64,000 nucleotides of DNA from Patescibacteria group bacterium (GCA_041665085.1 JBAYJO010000001.1:40671-104670), one strand, 5' to 3'; counted from the first letter of the stretch, positions 1-10,762 are shown. Notes: generated by a model from the letters alone, not told the origin. Numbers and translations: made by a program.

Positions 1-1
1 A

Positions 2-1795
2 AATGCGTTTTATTTTATAATTATTCTTCTGCTTGCTTTAGGAGTGTATAGTTTTTTTAGTTCTCCATCTAAAGCACCGAAAGATGTTGCTTTGTCTGAA
101 ATTTCACAAGATGTCAAAGAAGATAAAGTTAAAAGCATTCAAGTTAATCAAGATAAAATTATTGCAACATTAAAAGATGGCAATAAGATACAATCATATA
201 AAGAATCCGGAGTAGGCCTTTCAGAATATGGCATTACATCGGATAAAGTTGCGATTAATGTATCAAATCCAGATAAGAGCAATTGGGTTGTTTTATTACT
301 GACCGGTGTTTTACCGATTGTTTTGATTATCGGTTTCTTTTATTTCATGATGAGACAAGCTCAAGGTGGAAATTCTAAAGCAATGTCATTTGGTAAATCA
401 ACAGCAAGACTAACCGGTCCGAGCAAAAAAACTACTTTTAATGATGTAGCTGGACTTGAAGAAGCTAAGCAAGAATTAAGCGAGATTGTTGATTTTTTGA
501 AAAAGCCGGAAAAATACAAAAAACTTGGGGCAGAGATTCCAAAAGGTGTCTTGCTTTTTGGCCCTCCGGGAGTTGGTAAAACTCTTCTTGCAAAAGCAGT
601 TGCCGGTGAAGCTGGCGTGCCATTTTTTAGCATTTCAGCTTCAGAATTTGTTGAAATGTTTGTTGGAGTTGGAGCTTCCAGAGTTAGAGATTTATTTCAA
701 AAAGCCAAGAGAAATGCACCATGTGTAATTTTTATTGATGAACTTGATGCTGTTGGACGACAAAGAGGTACCGGGCTGGGCGGATCTCATGATGAACGCG
801 AGCAAACATTAAATCAAATCTTGGTTGAAATGGATGGATTTGAAACCGATGACCGTGTTATCGTGCTTGCTGCAACAAATCGACCTGATGTACTTGATAA
901 GGCTTTGCTTCGACCGGGCAGATTTGATCGTAGAGTTACACTTGATTTGCCTGATCGAAAAGACAGAGAACAAATTTTGGCAATTTATGCAAAAAACAAA
1001 CCTTTAGATAAAAAAATTAATCTAAATACAGTAGCAGGTAGAACCATTGGTTTTTCCGGGGCTGATCTTCGAAATGTGTTGAATGAATCTGCGATTCTTG
1101 CAGCAAGAGATAACTCAAATACAGTGTCTCAACTGCATCTTAATGAAGCTGTTGAAAAAGTAATCATGGGGCCGGAAAAGAAGTCGCAAATTCTATCAGA
1201 TCAGGAAAAACAAATTGCTGCATTTCATGAAGGCGGACATGCAATTATTGGGGCACTGCTTCCTTATTGCAATCCTGTTCATAAAGTATCAGTAGTATCT
1301 CGCGGAATGGCACTTGGTTATACTATGAGTTTGCCGAATGAAGATACACATTTGAAATCAAAATCAGAATTTATAGATGATATTACCCAGCTTTTAGGTG
1401 GACGAGCTGCTGAAGAATTGATTTTTGATGAGCAAACAACAGGTGCGCAGAATGATCTTAAAGTTGCAACTAAAATTGCCAAAGAGATGGTCATGGTTTA
1501 TGGCATGAGTGAAGTTGGTCCTATTTCACTTGGTGAGCGAGAAGAAGTAGTTTTTCTTGGGCGTGAATTAGGAGAAAGACAACATTTCAGCGAACAAAAA
1601 GGTGCTGAAATTGATAAGGCTATTTCAGGAATTATTTTCAATGCTGAAGATCGAGCCAAGAAAATTCTAAAAGAACATAAAAAAGAGTTAGAGAAAATAT
1701 CCGAAGTTTTAGTTAAAGAAGAAAGCTTAGAGGGCGAAAGATTGGATAATCTATTACCTAAAAAGCAAGAGATCAAAATTATTAAAAAAGCTTAA
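2..1795 (+). CDS. ftsH: ATP-dependent zinc metalloprotease FtsH (5' end lies upstream of the window)
   Basis: The reading frame is open from base 2 and the N-terminal TM helix is encoded before the called Met. Walker [12 protein letters not shown] region, zinc motif HEGGHA. Confidence 0.9.
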   Translation, partial: NAFYFIIILLLALGVYSFFSSPSKAPKDVALSEISQDVKEDKVKSIQVNQDKIIATLKDGNKIQSYKESGVGLSEYGITSDKVAINVSNPDKSNWVVLLLTGVLPIVLIIGFFYFMMRQAQGGNSKAMSFGKSTARLTGPSKKTTFNDVAGLEEAKQELSEIVDFLKKPEKYKKLGAEIPKGVLLFGPPGVGKTLLAKAVAGEAGVPFFSISASEFVEMFVGVGASRVRDLFQKAKRNAPCVIFIDELDAVGRQRGTGLGGSHDEREQTLNQILVEMDGFETDDRVIVLAATNRPDVLDKALLRPGRFDRRVTLDLPDRKDREQILAIYAKNKPLDKKINLNTVAGRTIGFSGADLRNVLNESAILAARDNSNTVSQLHLNEAVEKVIMGPEKKSQILSDQEKQIAAFHEGGHAIIGALLPYCNPVHKVSVVSRGMALGYTMSLPNEDTHLKSKSEFIDDITQLLGGRAAEELIFDEQTTGAQNDLKVATKIAKEMVMVYGMSEVGPISLGEREEVVFLGRELGERQHFSEQKGAEIDKAISGIIFNAEDRAKKILKEHKKELEKISEVLVKEESLEGERLDNLLPKKQEIKIIKKA

Positions 1796-1796
1796 G

Positions 1797-2888
1797 ATGA
1801 AACTAAAACTACTTGAAGTTGTGGCCGATTCAAGCTTGAGCGGTGCTCCAAAGCATGTATTAATTTTGTCTAAAAATCTTAATTCAACAGAATTTGATCC
1901 TATTGTTGTTTGTCCATCAGGTTGGCTTTCGGCTGAATGCAAGAAAAATAAAATAAAAACTAAAAATATTAATCTTAGAGGTTTTCTTGATTTCAAATCT
2001 ATGAAAAATCTAAGAAAATTTGTTCAGCAAGAAAAGCCGGATTTAATTCATTTGCATGGAATTAGAGCGGGTTTTATCGGAGTGATGGCTCTTGTCGGAC
2101 TTAATCAAAAGATAATTTACACTGAACATCTCTATACGGCAACTTATCATTTAAAAAGTAAAACTCGAGAAATTATTCAACTTTTTGGATTGATATTTAT
2201 TAATCTTTTTACAAAAATGATTATTACTCCTTCGATTGCAGTTAGAAAATTTTTGGTTGAGCGTATTTGGGTGAAGCCGACAAAAATTCAGGTTATTCCA
2301 AATGGTCTTGAAGATTTTAAGATTAAAAATGAATCATCTGAAATGAAGATTGGTTTCATTGGCTCGGTTAATCAACAAAAAGGTATAGCCGAATTAATTG
2401 CAGTTATGGAAGAACTTGAAACAGAATTTCCTGAACTTGTGCTTGAAATTCTTGGAGATGGACCGCTTAAAGAACAGTTAGAGCAAAAATATAAAAATAA
2501 AAAAGAAATAAGTTTCTTGGGAATCAAAGAAGATATTAAGAATTTTATTGCGAAATGGAAAATGGTTGTTATTCCTTCAATTTCAGAATCTTTCGGTCAA
2601 GTTGCGATTGAAGCGGGGATTGCTTCAAAACCGGTAGTTGCAACGACAGTCGGCGGGTTGCCGGAAGTGGTAATTGATGAGACATCCGGAGTTTTGGTTA
2701 GGCCGTCAGATAAAGAAGATTTGAAAAAAGGTATTTCATTTTTGCTTCGAAATCCTGAAGCTGCCGAGAGAATGGGTAAAAATGGAAGAAAAATTTTTGA
2801 GAAGTTTTTTACAGCCAAGAAAATGACTGCTAAAATTGAGAAAGTTTATAAAATAATTGCAGGTATTGATGAATCTAAAAAAAATTAA
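1797..2888 (+). CDS. Glycosyltransferase family 1 (GT4-like)
   Basis: GT-B C-terminal domain with a GGLPEVV-type motif and E-x7-E region. Start is 2 nt after the ftsH stop. Confidence 0.7.
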   Translation: MKLKLLEVVADSSLSGAPKHVLILSKNLNSTEFDPIVVCPSGWLSAECKKNKIKTKNINLRGFLDFKSMKNLRKFVQQEKPDLIHLHGIRAGFIGVMALVGLNQKIIYTEHLYTATYHLKSKTREIIQLFGLIFINLFTKMIITPSIAVRKFLVERIWVKPTKIQVIPNGLEDFKIKNESSEMKIGFIGSVNQQKGIAELIAVMEELETEFPELVLEILGDGPLKEQLEQKYKNKKEISFLGIKEDIKNFIAKWKMVVIPSISESFGQVAIEAGIASKPVVATTVGGLPEVVIDETSGVLVRPSDKEDLKKGISFLLRNPEAAERMGKNGRKIFEKFFTAKKMTAKIEKVYKIIAGIDESKKN

Positions 2889-3678
2889 AGAAAACTTATT
2901 ACATTTAAATAACTTAAGAAAGTTTATTGGTTATGAAATTTTTCGCGAAGCGATGAATTCTGAAACTAAGCTTCAAATTTTAGATACGCCGCCAAGCGGG
3001 AGGGTTTTGGTTTTAGCACCTCATCCAGATGATGATGTGATAGGGTGCGGAGGTACGATTAAAAAACATATTGATAATGGCGATAGTGTAAAAGTTGTTT
3101 TTTTAACAGATGGGTCAGGCGGAGTTGCTAAGAAGCGCCATATTACCACTGTTAAAGAGAGAAAGGATTTAACTGGCGAAAGAGAAAGCGAAGCCAAAAC
3201 TGCGGCATTGATTCTTGGAGTAACAGAAACGGCTTTTTGGAGATATCATGATGGTTCCCTTCTTTTAAATAATACTTCTATGAAGTTGCTTGATACCTTA
3301 TTTTCTGATTTTAAACCTAATATTATTTATGCGCCTTCTTTTTTAGATCCTCATCCGGATCATTTTGAAACAGCAAAAATATTAGCAGCATTCTTAGAAA
3401 AAAAGAATAATTTTACTGGAACAATTTTTAGCTATGAAGTGTGGTCGCCAATCTACGCGAATAGGCTTGTGAGGCTCGACGATGTGGCAGAATTTAAAAA
3501 ACAAGCCTTGCTTGCACATAAGTCCCAAATTGAATCACGGAGCTATGAGCAGGCGATTATGGGTCTTGCAAAATATCGTGCCGGAATGCATGATGCAGGG
3601 GAATATGCAGAAGCATTTTTTGCTTGCAATATGAAGTTGTATGTTCAGCTTTTTAATTTATTGAGTTTAAAGAAATAA
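2857..3678 (+). CDS. PIG-L/LmbE family N-acetylglucosaminyl deacetylase
   Basis: N-terminal LAPHPDDDVIGCGGT motif diagnostic of the LmbE/PIG-L fold. Overlaps the upstream GT, so likely the same operon. Confidence 0.7.
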   Translation: MQVLMNLKKIKENLLHLNNLRKFIGYEIFREAMNSETKLQILDTPPSGRVLVLAPHPDDDVIGCGGTIKKHIDNGDSVKVVFLTDGSGGVAKKRHITTVKERKDLTGERESEAKTAALILGVTETAFWRYHDGSLLLNNTSMKLLDTLFSDFKPNIIYAPSFLDPHPDHFETAKILAAFLEKKNNFTGTIFSYEVWSPIYANRLVRLDDVAEFKKQALLAHKSQIESRSYEQAIMGLAKYRAGMHDAGEYAEAFFACNMKLYVQLFNLLSLKK

Positions 3679-3751
3679 TTATTGCCAAAGAGCAGGGGGT
3701 TCTTTTCGATGTCGCCCCCTAGCCCTCTGGCGACTCCTTACCCCTACACGA

Positions 3752-3778
3752 CCTGCCTCGCCGGCAGGCGGGTTTTTC
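3752..3778 (+). terminator. Rho-independent terminator after the deacetylase gene
   Basis: Stem CCTGCC/GGCAGG with loop TCGCC, followed by CGGGTTTTT. Confidence 0.5.
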
Positions 3779-4012
3779 AAGGAGCATTCAAAATCACTTT
3801 CTTTCTAAAAGACACTTTGATGTCCTATCCTGTTTCACAGGCAGGCACAGTTTCTTTTGGAGCGAAACTGATTTTTCATTTCCTTGAAAAAAGAGGAAAA
3901 ATAGACAGGATCTTCACTTTTTTCTGGTTTTAATATAATATAAGGGTGGTTTTGGGCAGAGAACCGAACATAGCCGACGGCGTAAAAGGTCTAGGCAACT
4001 GGGAGGTCTCGA

Positions 4013-4657
4013 ATGTTTGATTTGGTTTCCGATGATGTATACGGGAATTGGCTGACAGCAGCGAGTGAAAAGGTGATCGTCAGGGCACATGAGATAGTGC
4101 ATCAGGAAGTAGATTACTTCACATCGCTGACTGAAATCCACATGTTTACATTGGTGGATCCGACTTGTGTGGTCTGTGCTCATGGTGATACTAATGGGAT
4201 GTTGCTTCCGTTCGTCAATATCTGGCAAGATGACGAGAGTGATACCTTTCGCGGGCAGATTGAGCTGATCTTTGGCACAGGCTTCATACATCGCGGGTTT
4301 TTGGGTCACGGAGTTGATACGGCGAGTGGCTGGACTATCGGTAGGTGGCAATCTGTTGAGCAGGTGCTTTTCGCAAAAGGATCGCCATCTTATTCGGTAA
4401 ACAGTGGTTCGTCTATTCGAGAGAATAACCACTGGGAGCTCTGTGATCCTACTAAGCTGTCAATCTTTCTGCAGGATCTGGCTCGCTTCGAAATGTTTTT
4501 GAGAATGAGCCCAGATCATTTGGTTGGAGGAAATGGTAAGTCTGAACGAAGTTCTGACAAAGAGAAGATCAAGATGCTGTGTCAGCGTTTGTTAGGGTTA
4601 CTGAAGTCCTTGAACGCTGGAGTCGATAGCTCTTGGATGAAACTTGTCAGACAGTGA
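4013..4657 (+). CDS. Hypothetical protein in a GC-rich, probably horizontally acquired segment
   Basis: RBS GGGAGG 6 nt upstream of ATG. Possible TTGAAA...TATAAT promoter near 3885-3938. GC content is far above the flanks. A hairpin AACCTGCC/GGCAGGTT sits directly after the stop. Confidence 0.45.
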   Translation: MFDLVSDDVYGNWLTAASEKVIVRAHEIVHQEVDYFTSLTEIHMFTLVDPTCVVCAHGDTNGMLLPFVNIWQDDESDTFRGQIELIFGTGFIHRGFLGHGVDTASGWTIGRWQSVEQVLFAKGSPSYSVNSGSSIRENNHWELCDPTKLSIFLQDLARFEMFLRMSPDHLVGGNGKSERSSDKEKIKMLCQRLLGLLKSLNAGVDSSWMKLVRQ

Positions 4658-4715
4658 GTTTGACCCAACCTGCCGCTGCCCCGGCAGGTTGAACCTTAAA
4701 AATTATTTTGAATAT

Positions 4716-4790
4716 TGCCGGGTCGTCTAGTGGTAGGACGTCTGCCTCTGGAGCAGAAGATCGTAGGTTCGAATCCTACCCCGGCAGCCA
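4716..4790 (+). tRNA. tRNA-Gln (anticodon CUG)
   Basis: Cloverleaf by eye: acceptor TGCCGGG/CCCGGCA, anticodon stem TCTGC/GCAGA with loop CTCTGGA, T-arm GTAGG-TTCGAAT-CCTAC, encoded CCA. Confidence 0.8.
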
Positions 4791-4801
4791 AATAAAAAAT
4801 T

Positions 4802-4825
4802 AAAGACCATGAATGGTCTTTTTTG
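4802..4825 (+). terminator. Rho-independent terminator after tRNA-Gln
   Basis: AAAGACCA-TGAA-TGGTCTTT followed by TTTTG. Confidence 0.6.
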
Positions 4826-4849
4826 ATATATTTATGTTAAAGTAAATTT

Positions 4850-5650
4850 ATGGAAAAGTTTGATTCAATAAAACATAAGCATTTATTTAAAGATTTGCCT
4901 TTTTCTTATTTTTCAACTGCATATTATTTAGATTATTGTGGTTATGTTTTTGAAAATAATGGTGAAGATTTAATTGTTTGGCAAGATATGTTGTATGTTC
5001 ATGATTTTCCCTCAATCTATTTGCCGAAAGAACAAAAAAATTGGGAGCGTGCATCTATTGCTTTTGCAACGCCAGAAGATATTTTAAAGGTTAAAAATGC
5101 CGGAATTCAAATAACCCTTGATAATCCAATCGAATCGGAATTTTATTACAAGACTGCTGATTTTATTAATCCAAAAAACAAAAATGCTGAACGAGTTAGA
5201 CAATTTGAAAAAAATTATACTTTTAATATTTTAAATGAATATCCAAAGCAAAAAATTATTGATTTTTATAATCAATGGAAAGATCAAAGAGTACACGAGT
5301 CGCTTACTTTTGAAGATGCTGAACAATCATTCTTTTTTTGCTTAGACAATTTAGGAAAATATAATGTTAAACAGGTTTATATTGAATCAGATGATAAATT
5401 AATTGGATTTGCCTGGGGGGTTGAACATCAAAGCGGTAATTGGATTGGGCTTCATTTGAAAGTGAATTATTCATTTAAAGGTTTGAGTAGATTTTTACAT
5501 CATAAACGAGCCGAGCTTTTTGCTGACAAGGAATATTTTTCTTTGGGAACCGGTTCTCATGATTCGGGAATTACGCAATATAAAGAGGAGCTGGGCCCGG
5601 ATTATAAATTGGAATATCATTATCTTTTAACTGGTGAGAAAGATAGCTAA
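4850..5650 (+). CDS. Hypothetical protein (possible GNAT-fold/DUF2156-like)
   Basis: Long ORF with host-like AT-rich codon usage. No decisive motif. Confidence 0.5.
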   Translation: MEKFDSIKHKHLFKDLPFSYFSTAYYLDYCGYVFENNGEDLIVWQDMLYVHDFPSIYLPKEQKNWERASIAFATPEDILKVKNAGIQITLDNPIESEFYYKTADFINPKNKNAERVRQFEKNYTFNILNEYPKQKIIDFYNQWKDQRVHESLTFEDAEQSFFFCLDNLGKYNVKQVYIESDDKLIGFAWGVEHQSGNWIGLHLKVNYSFKGLSRFLHHKRAELFADKEYFSLGTGSHDSGITQYKEELGPDYKLEYHYLLTGEKDS

Positions 5651-5652
5651 AT

Positions 5653-6558
5653 ATGGAAAATGAGCTTGGGATAGTTAATAGTCGTGAAATTGAATCTTTG
5701 GAAAAAGTAAGGTTGGAAAGAATTAAGCAGAATCTTGAAGTAGTATCAGATATTGAAAGTTTGTCTGGTGAGGAAGATAAAATTAGACAATATCTTCAAA
5801 GTAAAGCATTAGAGTTTGGGATTGAGACAGATATTGATAGAGCAGGAAATGTATGGTTTTTGTCTGATAGTCCTGAAGGAGAAGTGTTGTTAAATGCTCA
5901 TATGGATAAAGTTGGTGGTACTTCGCGAGCTATTGAATCTAATGGAAAAATTAATGGAAGGCTGGATAATTCTCTTGGAATTAGTGTTATTTTAGGTTTA
6001 CTACAAGAGGAAATTCGACCTTCAGTTGTATTCACAGTTGAAGAAGAATCAGAGCGTGAAAAAATTTCTGAAAGTGGAGAAAGAAGCTTTGTGAAAAGAG
6101 ATCTAAGAGAAGGAAAATATAATTTTGGTGCTAGAACTGCGGCCGAGGAAATTTATGAAGGAAAATACAAAAAACCAAAACTTGCAATTACTGTCGATGT
6201 TTCAGCTGCCGGAATGCTTGGGAACGGCCCGTTGGTTTACATGAGCTCATCTGTGTTCCGTTTTCCTAATGAAGGAGTTAAATTTATTTCCAAATTGGTA
6301 TCTCAAAATAAGCTCCATGCGCAATTTTTAAATGGACCGGCAAACGATTCGATTGAGTTTAGCTTTTTGAGAAAAAGCGGAACACTTGCTATTGAAATTC
6401 CAGTTGAAAATCTTCATACTGATAGCGAAAGATCTGATGTGGCAGATATTAAAGAGGCAGCTGAATTATTAAGTTTAGTTATTAAAAATCATGATATGAT
6501 TCCAGAAATGATTGATGAACCGACGCATAGAGAGTTTTCTGACATAACATCAATTTAG
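5653..6558 (+). CDS. M42-family (FrvX-like) peptidase-related protein
   Basis: Pattern SGEED...DRAGNVW...LLNAHMDKVG resembles the M42 aminopeptidase N-terminus. Confidence 0.45.
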   Translation: MENELGIVNSREIESLEKVRLERIKQNLEVVSDIESLSGEEDKIRQYLQSKALEFGIETDIDRAGNVWFLSDSPEGEVLLNAHMDKVGGTSRAIESNGKINGRLDNSLGISVILGLLQEEIRPSVVFTVEEESEREKISESGERSFVKRDLREGKYNFGARTAAEEIYEGKYKKPKLAITVDVSAAGMLGNGPLVYMSSSVFRFPNEGVKFISKLVSQNKLHAQFLNGPANDSIEFSFLRKSGTLAIEIPVENLHTDSERSDVADIKEAAELLSLVIKNHDMIPEMIDEPTHREFSDITSI

Positions 6559-6570
6559 TACAGGAGGAAG

Positions 6571-7443
6571 ATGGCTACAATCGAGGTTAAAAATTTAAAG
6601 AAACATTTTGGAAATATTAAAGCAGTTGATGGAATTTCATTTTCAGTTGAAGAAGGTGAAATTTTTGGTTTTTTGGGACCAAATGGAGCGGGAAAAACAA
6701 CTACAATCAGATGTATGACTGATTTTATTCGTCCAGATGATGGAAAAATTATGATACTCGGTAAAGATGTTGCAGGCGAAATTGTTGAAATTAAAAAAGA
6801 TATGACTTATCTTCCTGCTAGTGCTCAATTTTATGGCAACTGGACAGGTAAAGAACATTTGGATTTGATAAAAGCAATTAGACATGGCGATGGTGAGATT
6901 GAAGAATATGCAAAAAGGTTAGATTTTAATCCTAATTTAAGAGCAAAAACGTTATCGACCGGTAATAAACAAAAATTAGGTATTTTGCTTGCTCTGGTGA
7001 ATAAGCCAAAGGTGATTATTTTAGATGAGCCTACTTCCGGGCTTGATCCTTTGCTTCAAAATACATTTAATAAAATATTGAAGGATTTATCAGCTCAAGG
7101 TACAACGATTTTTATGTCAAGCCATAATTTGCATGAGGTTGAAGAAATTTGCGGGCGCGTCGCAATTATTAAAGATGGAAAATTAATGGCAGTTGAAAGC
7201 ATCAGAGATTTGAAACAAAAAAGAATTTACAGAGTTACTGTATCGTTTGAAAAAGATGTTCCGGACTTGTCTAAAGTTATAGATAAGATTGAGGAGAAAA
7301 AAGACGGTGGAATAGTTGCGATTGTAAAAGGCGATATTAATCCTTTTATTACAGAATTGTCGAGTCATAAAGTTAAAAGTTTAGAAATAATACAAGCACC
7401 GCTTGATGAAATATTTTTGGAATTTTATGGGAAGGAGAAATAA
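6571..7443 (+). CDS. ABC transporter ATP-binding protein
   Basis: Walker A GPNGAGKTTT, ABC signature LSTGNKQK, Walker B ILDEPTSGLD. Confidence 0.9.
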   Translation: MATIEVKNLKKHFGNIKAVDGISFSVEEGEIFGFLGPNGAGKTTTIRCMTDFIRPDDGKIMILGKDVAGEIVEIKKDMTYLPASAQFYGNWTGKEHLDLIKAIRHGDGEIEEYAKRLDFNPNLRAKTLSTGNKQKLGILLALVNKPKVIILDEPTSGLDPLLQNTFNKILKDLSAQGTTIFMSSHNLHEVEEICGRVAIIKDGKLMAVESIRDLKQKRIYRVTVSFEKDVPDLSKVIDKIEEKKDGGIVAIVKGDINPFITELSSHKVKSLEIIQAPLDEIFLEFYGKEK

Positions 7444-8252
7444 TGATGAAAATTGCTCTTAAGCTATTAAAAGATAATAAGTTATCACTTATAGTTTATA
7501 CTATTGCATCTCTTTTGTTTGCTTTGATGTATGTTTCGATGTTTCCTTCAATGGCAAAACAATCAGAACAATTTATGGAAGCATTTAAAAATTATCCAAA
7601 GGATATGATGGAAGCATTCGGAATTGAAATTTCACAGCTTTCATTTTCAAATGTGCAATCTTTCTTGGCAATGGAAAATTTTAGTTTGATGTGGCCAATT
7701 ATGGTTTTTGCAATGTCGATTTCGCTAGCTTCAAGTGCGATTGCGGGTGACATAGAAAAAGGGACGATGTCAATTTTTCTAAGTCAGCCAATATCTCGAG
7801 TTAAATTATATTATTCTAAGGTTTTATCAGGCTTCTTGTTTATTTCAATATTTGTTGTTTTGTCTGTCTTTTTAATTCCGATTATTATTGCTTTACAAAA
7901 TATTGATTTTAAATTTAATGGATTTGTGATGATGGCAATTATTGGTTGGTTTTTTAGTATGGCGATTTATGGGGTTATGATGTTTTTATCTTCAATTTTT
8001 TCGGAGAAGGGCAAAGTGATGTTTATGGGTGTTGGACTTATAGTTTTGATGTATGCAATTAATGTTGTGGCAAACCTAAAGGATAGCTTAGATAAATTAA
8101 AATATCTTTCCTTTTTTCATTACTTTGACCAACAAAATGCGCTTGTGAATGCAAAAATTGATTGGCATTCAATTGTTGTTTTTACTTTGGTTGCAGTGGT
8201 TTGCATTATTTCGGGATCAGTAATTTTTAAAAAGAGAGATATTATTGTTTAG
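7443..8252 (+). CDS. ABC-2 type transporter permease
   Basis: Six predicted TM segments. Start overlaps the ATPase stop (ATGA). Confidence 0.6.
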   Translation: MMKIALKLLKDNKLSLIVYTIASLLFALMYVSMFPSMAKQSEQFMEAFKNYPKDMMEAFGIEISQLSFSNVQSFLAMENFSLMWPIMVFAMSISLASSAIAGDIEKGTMSIFLSQPISRVKLYYSKVLSGFLFISIFVVLSVFLIPIIIALQNIDFKFNGFVMMAIIGWFFSMAIYGVMMFLSSIFSEKGKVMFMGVGLIVLMYAINVVANLKDSLDKLKYLSFFHYFDQQNALVNAKIDWHSIVVFTLVAVVCIISGSVIFKKRDIIV

Positions 8253-8428
8253 AGAAGCATAGAGAATAATCAAAAACGCCAGCATGGCCGGCGTAATTGG
8301 GGTAAAATGATTTGCCCCTAACTATATTCAACTTAACATGTGTGTAAATTAATTCAATATAGTTTTCAACATATTTCGTGATTATTTTTGATGATGCCTG
8401 ATAATTTAAAAAGTGGTAAGATAATATC

Positions 8429-8947
8429 ATGAAGAGAATTGCTTTAGTTGTGGCGCAAAATGAATTTAATGAACAAGAGTATGAAGATGTTTTTGATGCG
8501 TTTGAAGCAGAGGATTTTAATATATCGGTTGTTTCAGAAAGCGTGGGGCAAGCAGTTGGCAAAAATGGAAAAATTATAAATGCCGATTTCTCGCTTGGTT
8601 CAATAATAGTTGGTAATTATGATGCAATTGTTTTTATTGGCGGACATGGTGCGCGTGAGTTAGTTCATAATTCTAGTGCTATGCATTTAATTAAAGATGC
8701 CTATTCTCAAAATAAGATTGTGGCTGCAATTTGTATTGCACCGATTATTTTGGCATTTGCCGGGATATTAGAGGGGAAGAAAGCCACTGTTTCGTCTGGC
8801 GGAGTTGATATTTTAGTAAATAAAGGCGCAGAATATGTTGACAGAGATGTTGTGGTTGATGGGAATATTATTACCGGTTCCGGTCCAGATGCATCAATTG
8901 ATTTTGCAAATAAAATAATCGAGGAACTTCAAAATGGTGAATCATAA
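8429..8947 (+). CDS. DJ-1/PfpI family protein
   Basis: AAICIAP nucleophile elbow. Size and layout match the DJ-1/PfpI family. Confidence 0.7.
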   Translation: MKRIALVVAQNEFNEQEYEDVFDAFEAEDFNISVVSESVGQAVGKNGKIINADFSLGSIIVGNYDAIVFIGGHGARELVHNSSAMHLIKDAYSQNKIVAAICIAPIILAFAGILEGKKATVSSGGVDILVNKGAEYVDRDVVVDGNIITGSGPDASIDFANKIIEELQNGES

Positions 8948-9332
8948 AAGACTTCTAGTTGTTGAAGATGATTATATTTTAGCTCACATGTATAAGGAGC
9001 GATTTGGTGCTGAAGGATATGAGGTGGTGTCAGCTGACAATGGTGAAGACGGGATTGATGAAGCATTGGCAGGAAATTTTGACTTGGTTATTCTGGATCT
9101 GATGCTTCCTAAAAGAGGTGGTTTGTCGGTTCTTCAGATTTTGCGTTCAAGACCGGAGACTGAAAAGATTCCTGTAATTATTATTACTAATCATCCGGAT
9201 GACAGGTATCGAGAAATTGCTGAAAAATATGGGATCGAGGATTTTGTGTTTAAAGCCGAAATAATGCCCAAAGATGTGATCGATCGAATTAATAAAATTA
9301 TAAAAAAATACGATGCGTCCGCTTTTGAATAG
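8934..9332 (+). CDS. Single-domain response regulator (REC only)
   Basis: LLVVEDD, phospho-acceptor region LVILDLMLP, and K near the C-terminus. Confidence 0.85.
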   Translation: MVNHKRLLVVEDDYILAHMYKERFGAEGYEVVSADNGEDGIDEALAGNFDLVILDLMLPKRGGLSVLQILRSRPETEKIPVIIITNHPDDRYREIAEKYGIEDFVFKAEIMPKDVIDRINKIIKKYDASAFE

Positions 9333-9381
9333 TATTGAACTAAAGGTGTTTTTCGAGTAAAATAATAGGGTAATACATCAT

Positions 9382-9456
9382 GGCGCCATCGTATAGAGGT
9401 TAGTACGCCGCCCTCTCACGGCGGTAACAGGGGTTCGATTCCCCTTGGCGCTGCCA
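9382..9456 (+). tRNA. tRNA-Glu (anticodon CUC)
   Basis: Acceptor GGCGCCA/TGGCGCT, anticodon stem CCGCC/GGCGG with loop CTCTCAC, T-arm AGGGG-TTCGATT-CCCCT, encoded CCA. Confidence 0.8.
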
Positions 9457-9538
9457 ACAGGTTAAAAATAGTTCATTTCTTCATAGTTTCGAACTTTTTT
9501 AGTTATCATGTTAAAATAAAGAAAAATAAGGAGATGAA

Positions 9539-9853
9539 ATGATAGAAAAAGAGGAGATTAAAAATCGTTTGATAAAAAAATATAATTATCCTGATGAAGG
9601 AGCAGAACTTGTAGCATCAAAACTACTAGGCTTAGATGAAAAATTAGTGACAGAATTTGTTAAATGGTGGGAAACTGATCAACTGCCTATGATTGAAATA
9701 GAAGGATATTCGATAGAAAAATTCATTAGTGAATATGATTCTACACCACCAGCTGCATTTCTAAATATGAACTGGTTGATTAAAAATCCAGAGGAAGCAA
9801 AAAAGGCCTTTAGCAAAGGTTATGATAATGTAATTGTAAAGAAAAATGAGTGA
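9539..9853 (+). CDS. Hypothetical protein (islet A)
   Basis: RBS AAGGAG upstream. No recognised motif. Confidence 0.5.
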   Translation: MIEKEEIKNRLIKKYNYPDEGAELVASKLLGLDEKLVTEFVKWWETDQLPMIEIEGYSIEKFISEYDSTPPAAFLNMNWLIKNPEEAKKAFSKGYDNVIVKKNE

Positions 9854-10703
9854 ATTACTTGGTTCTGCATTTAAAAACGAAACAGTTCAGCCAGTGAGTA
9901 ATTTCGTTAGAATTACAGAAGAAATAGACCAACTTTTGTCGGAAGATACACCTGATAATCAGAAAGCATTAGAGGCTTTTGTTCTAAAACGTACTTCAGA
10001 ATTGACGGCAACTGCACCAGAAACTGAATATATTACATACAAAAAAGAAAAGCCACACAATGGTTTCATATCACCTAAAACTGAAGTTAAAGGCAAAATT
10101 ATGTATGATGGATTTCATTTAGATGATCCTGATTTATATCCTGCATTACTAAATGGATTAAAAGAATTAAAGTCAACTCCTGGATGGAAAGAAATGAGCA
10201 TAAAAGCTTTAGCAGTTCCAGCCGTAAACTATGCTGTATCAAAGTACTTTGGTAGTTATAAAATATCAGATGAACAAGAAAAACAAAATGCAGCTCATTA
10301 TATGAATCTTGGAGCTCCTTGTTCTATTAAAGAAATGAAGGGTAAAGGTATTGCTGTTTGTGCCGAAAAAGCAGCTGCCGCTCAAAATCTATTAACCTTT
10401 TTGGGGCTTGATTCAGAACTAGCAATGGCGGATTGCAAGCTTGATCCAAATCAAGAAGAAGGACCACATGCTTATAATATTGTTACGGGCCCAAATGGTC
10501 ATTTTATTTTTGATCCTACAAATCCTATTGTAAATGATAGTGCAGAGGGGCAACCGAATTATTTGCCAGCCACATATAAAATTTCAGATGAGCAATATGA
10601 ATCGCTGCAAAACCATCAAGCTGTTGAAGTAGCTCACACAAATACTAAGATTGTTGATGGGGAACAAGAAGCAGAAACAAATGCTAGAGTTTATAATGCT
10701 TAA
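9846..10703 (+). CDS. Hypothetical protein with possible transglutaminase-like Cys-His-Asp core
   Basis: GIAVCAEKAAAAQNLL ... GPHAYNIV ... FIFDPT resembles the transglutaminase-like cysteine peptidase core. Confidence 0.4.
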   Translation: MSELLGSAFKNETVQPVSNFVRITEEIDQLLSEDTPDNQKALEAFVLKRTSELTATAPETEYITYKKEKPHNGFISPKTEVKGKIMYDGFHLDDPDLYPALLNGLKELKSTPGWKEMSIKALAVPAVNYAVSKYFGSYKISDEQEKQNAAHYMNLGAPCSIKEMKGKGIAVCAEKAAAAQNLLTFLGLDSELAMADCKLDPNQEEGPHAYNIVTGPNGHFIFDPTNPIVNDSAEGQPNYLPATYKISDEQYESLQNHQAVEVAHTNTKIVDGEQEAETNARVYNA

Positions 10704-10762
10704 TTTTAAAAATTAGCTAAACCAAAATCTGGCAAAATAATATTATTTTCCTGCATGAAATA

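Noticed and set aside
3682-3933. 83-aa ORF immediately after the deacetylase gene
   Set aside because: It spans the terminator hairpin and a promoter-like AT tract, and has no RBS.
3914-4432. 172-aa minus-strand ORF
   Set aside because: It is antisense to the better-supported 4013-4657 gene, which has an RBS. GC-rich DNA keeps frames open by chance.
3690-4690. Possible large structured RNA (GOLLD/ROOL-like) adjacent to a tRNA
   Set aside because: A GGGAGG RBS at correct spacing plus promoter-like boxes favour a protein gene. I cannot match any RNA family motifs by eye. Left as a low-interest finding.
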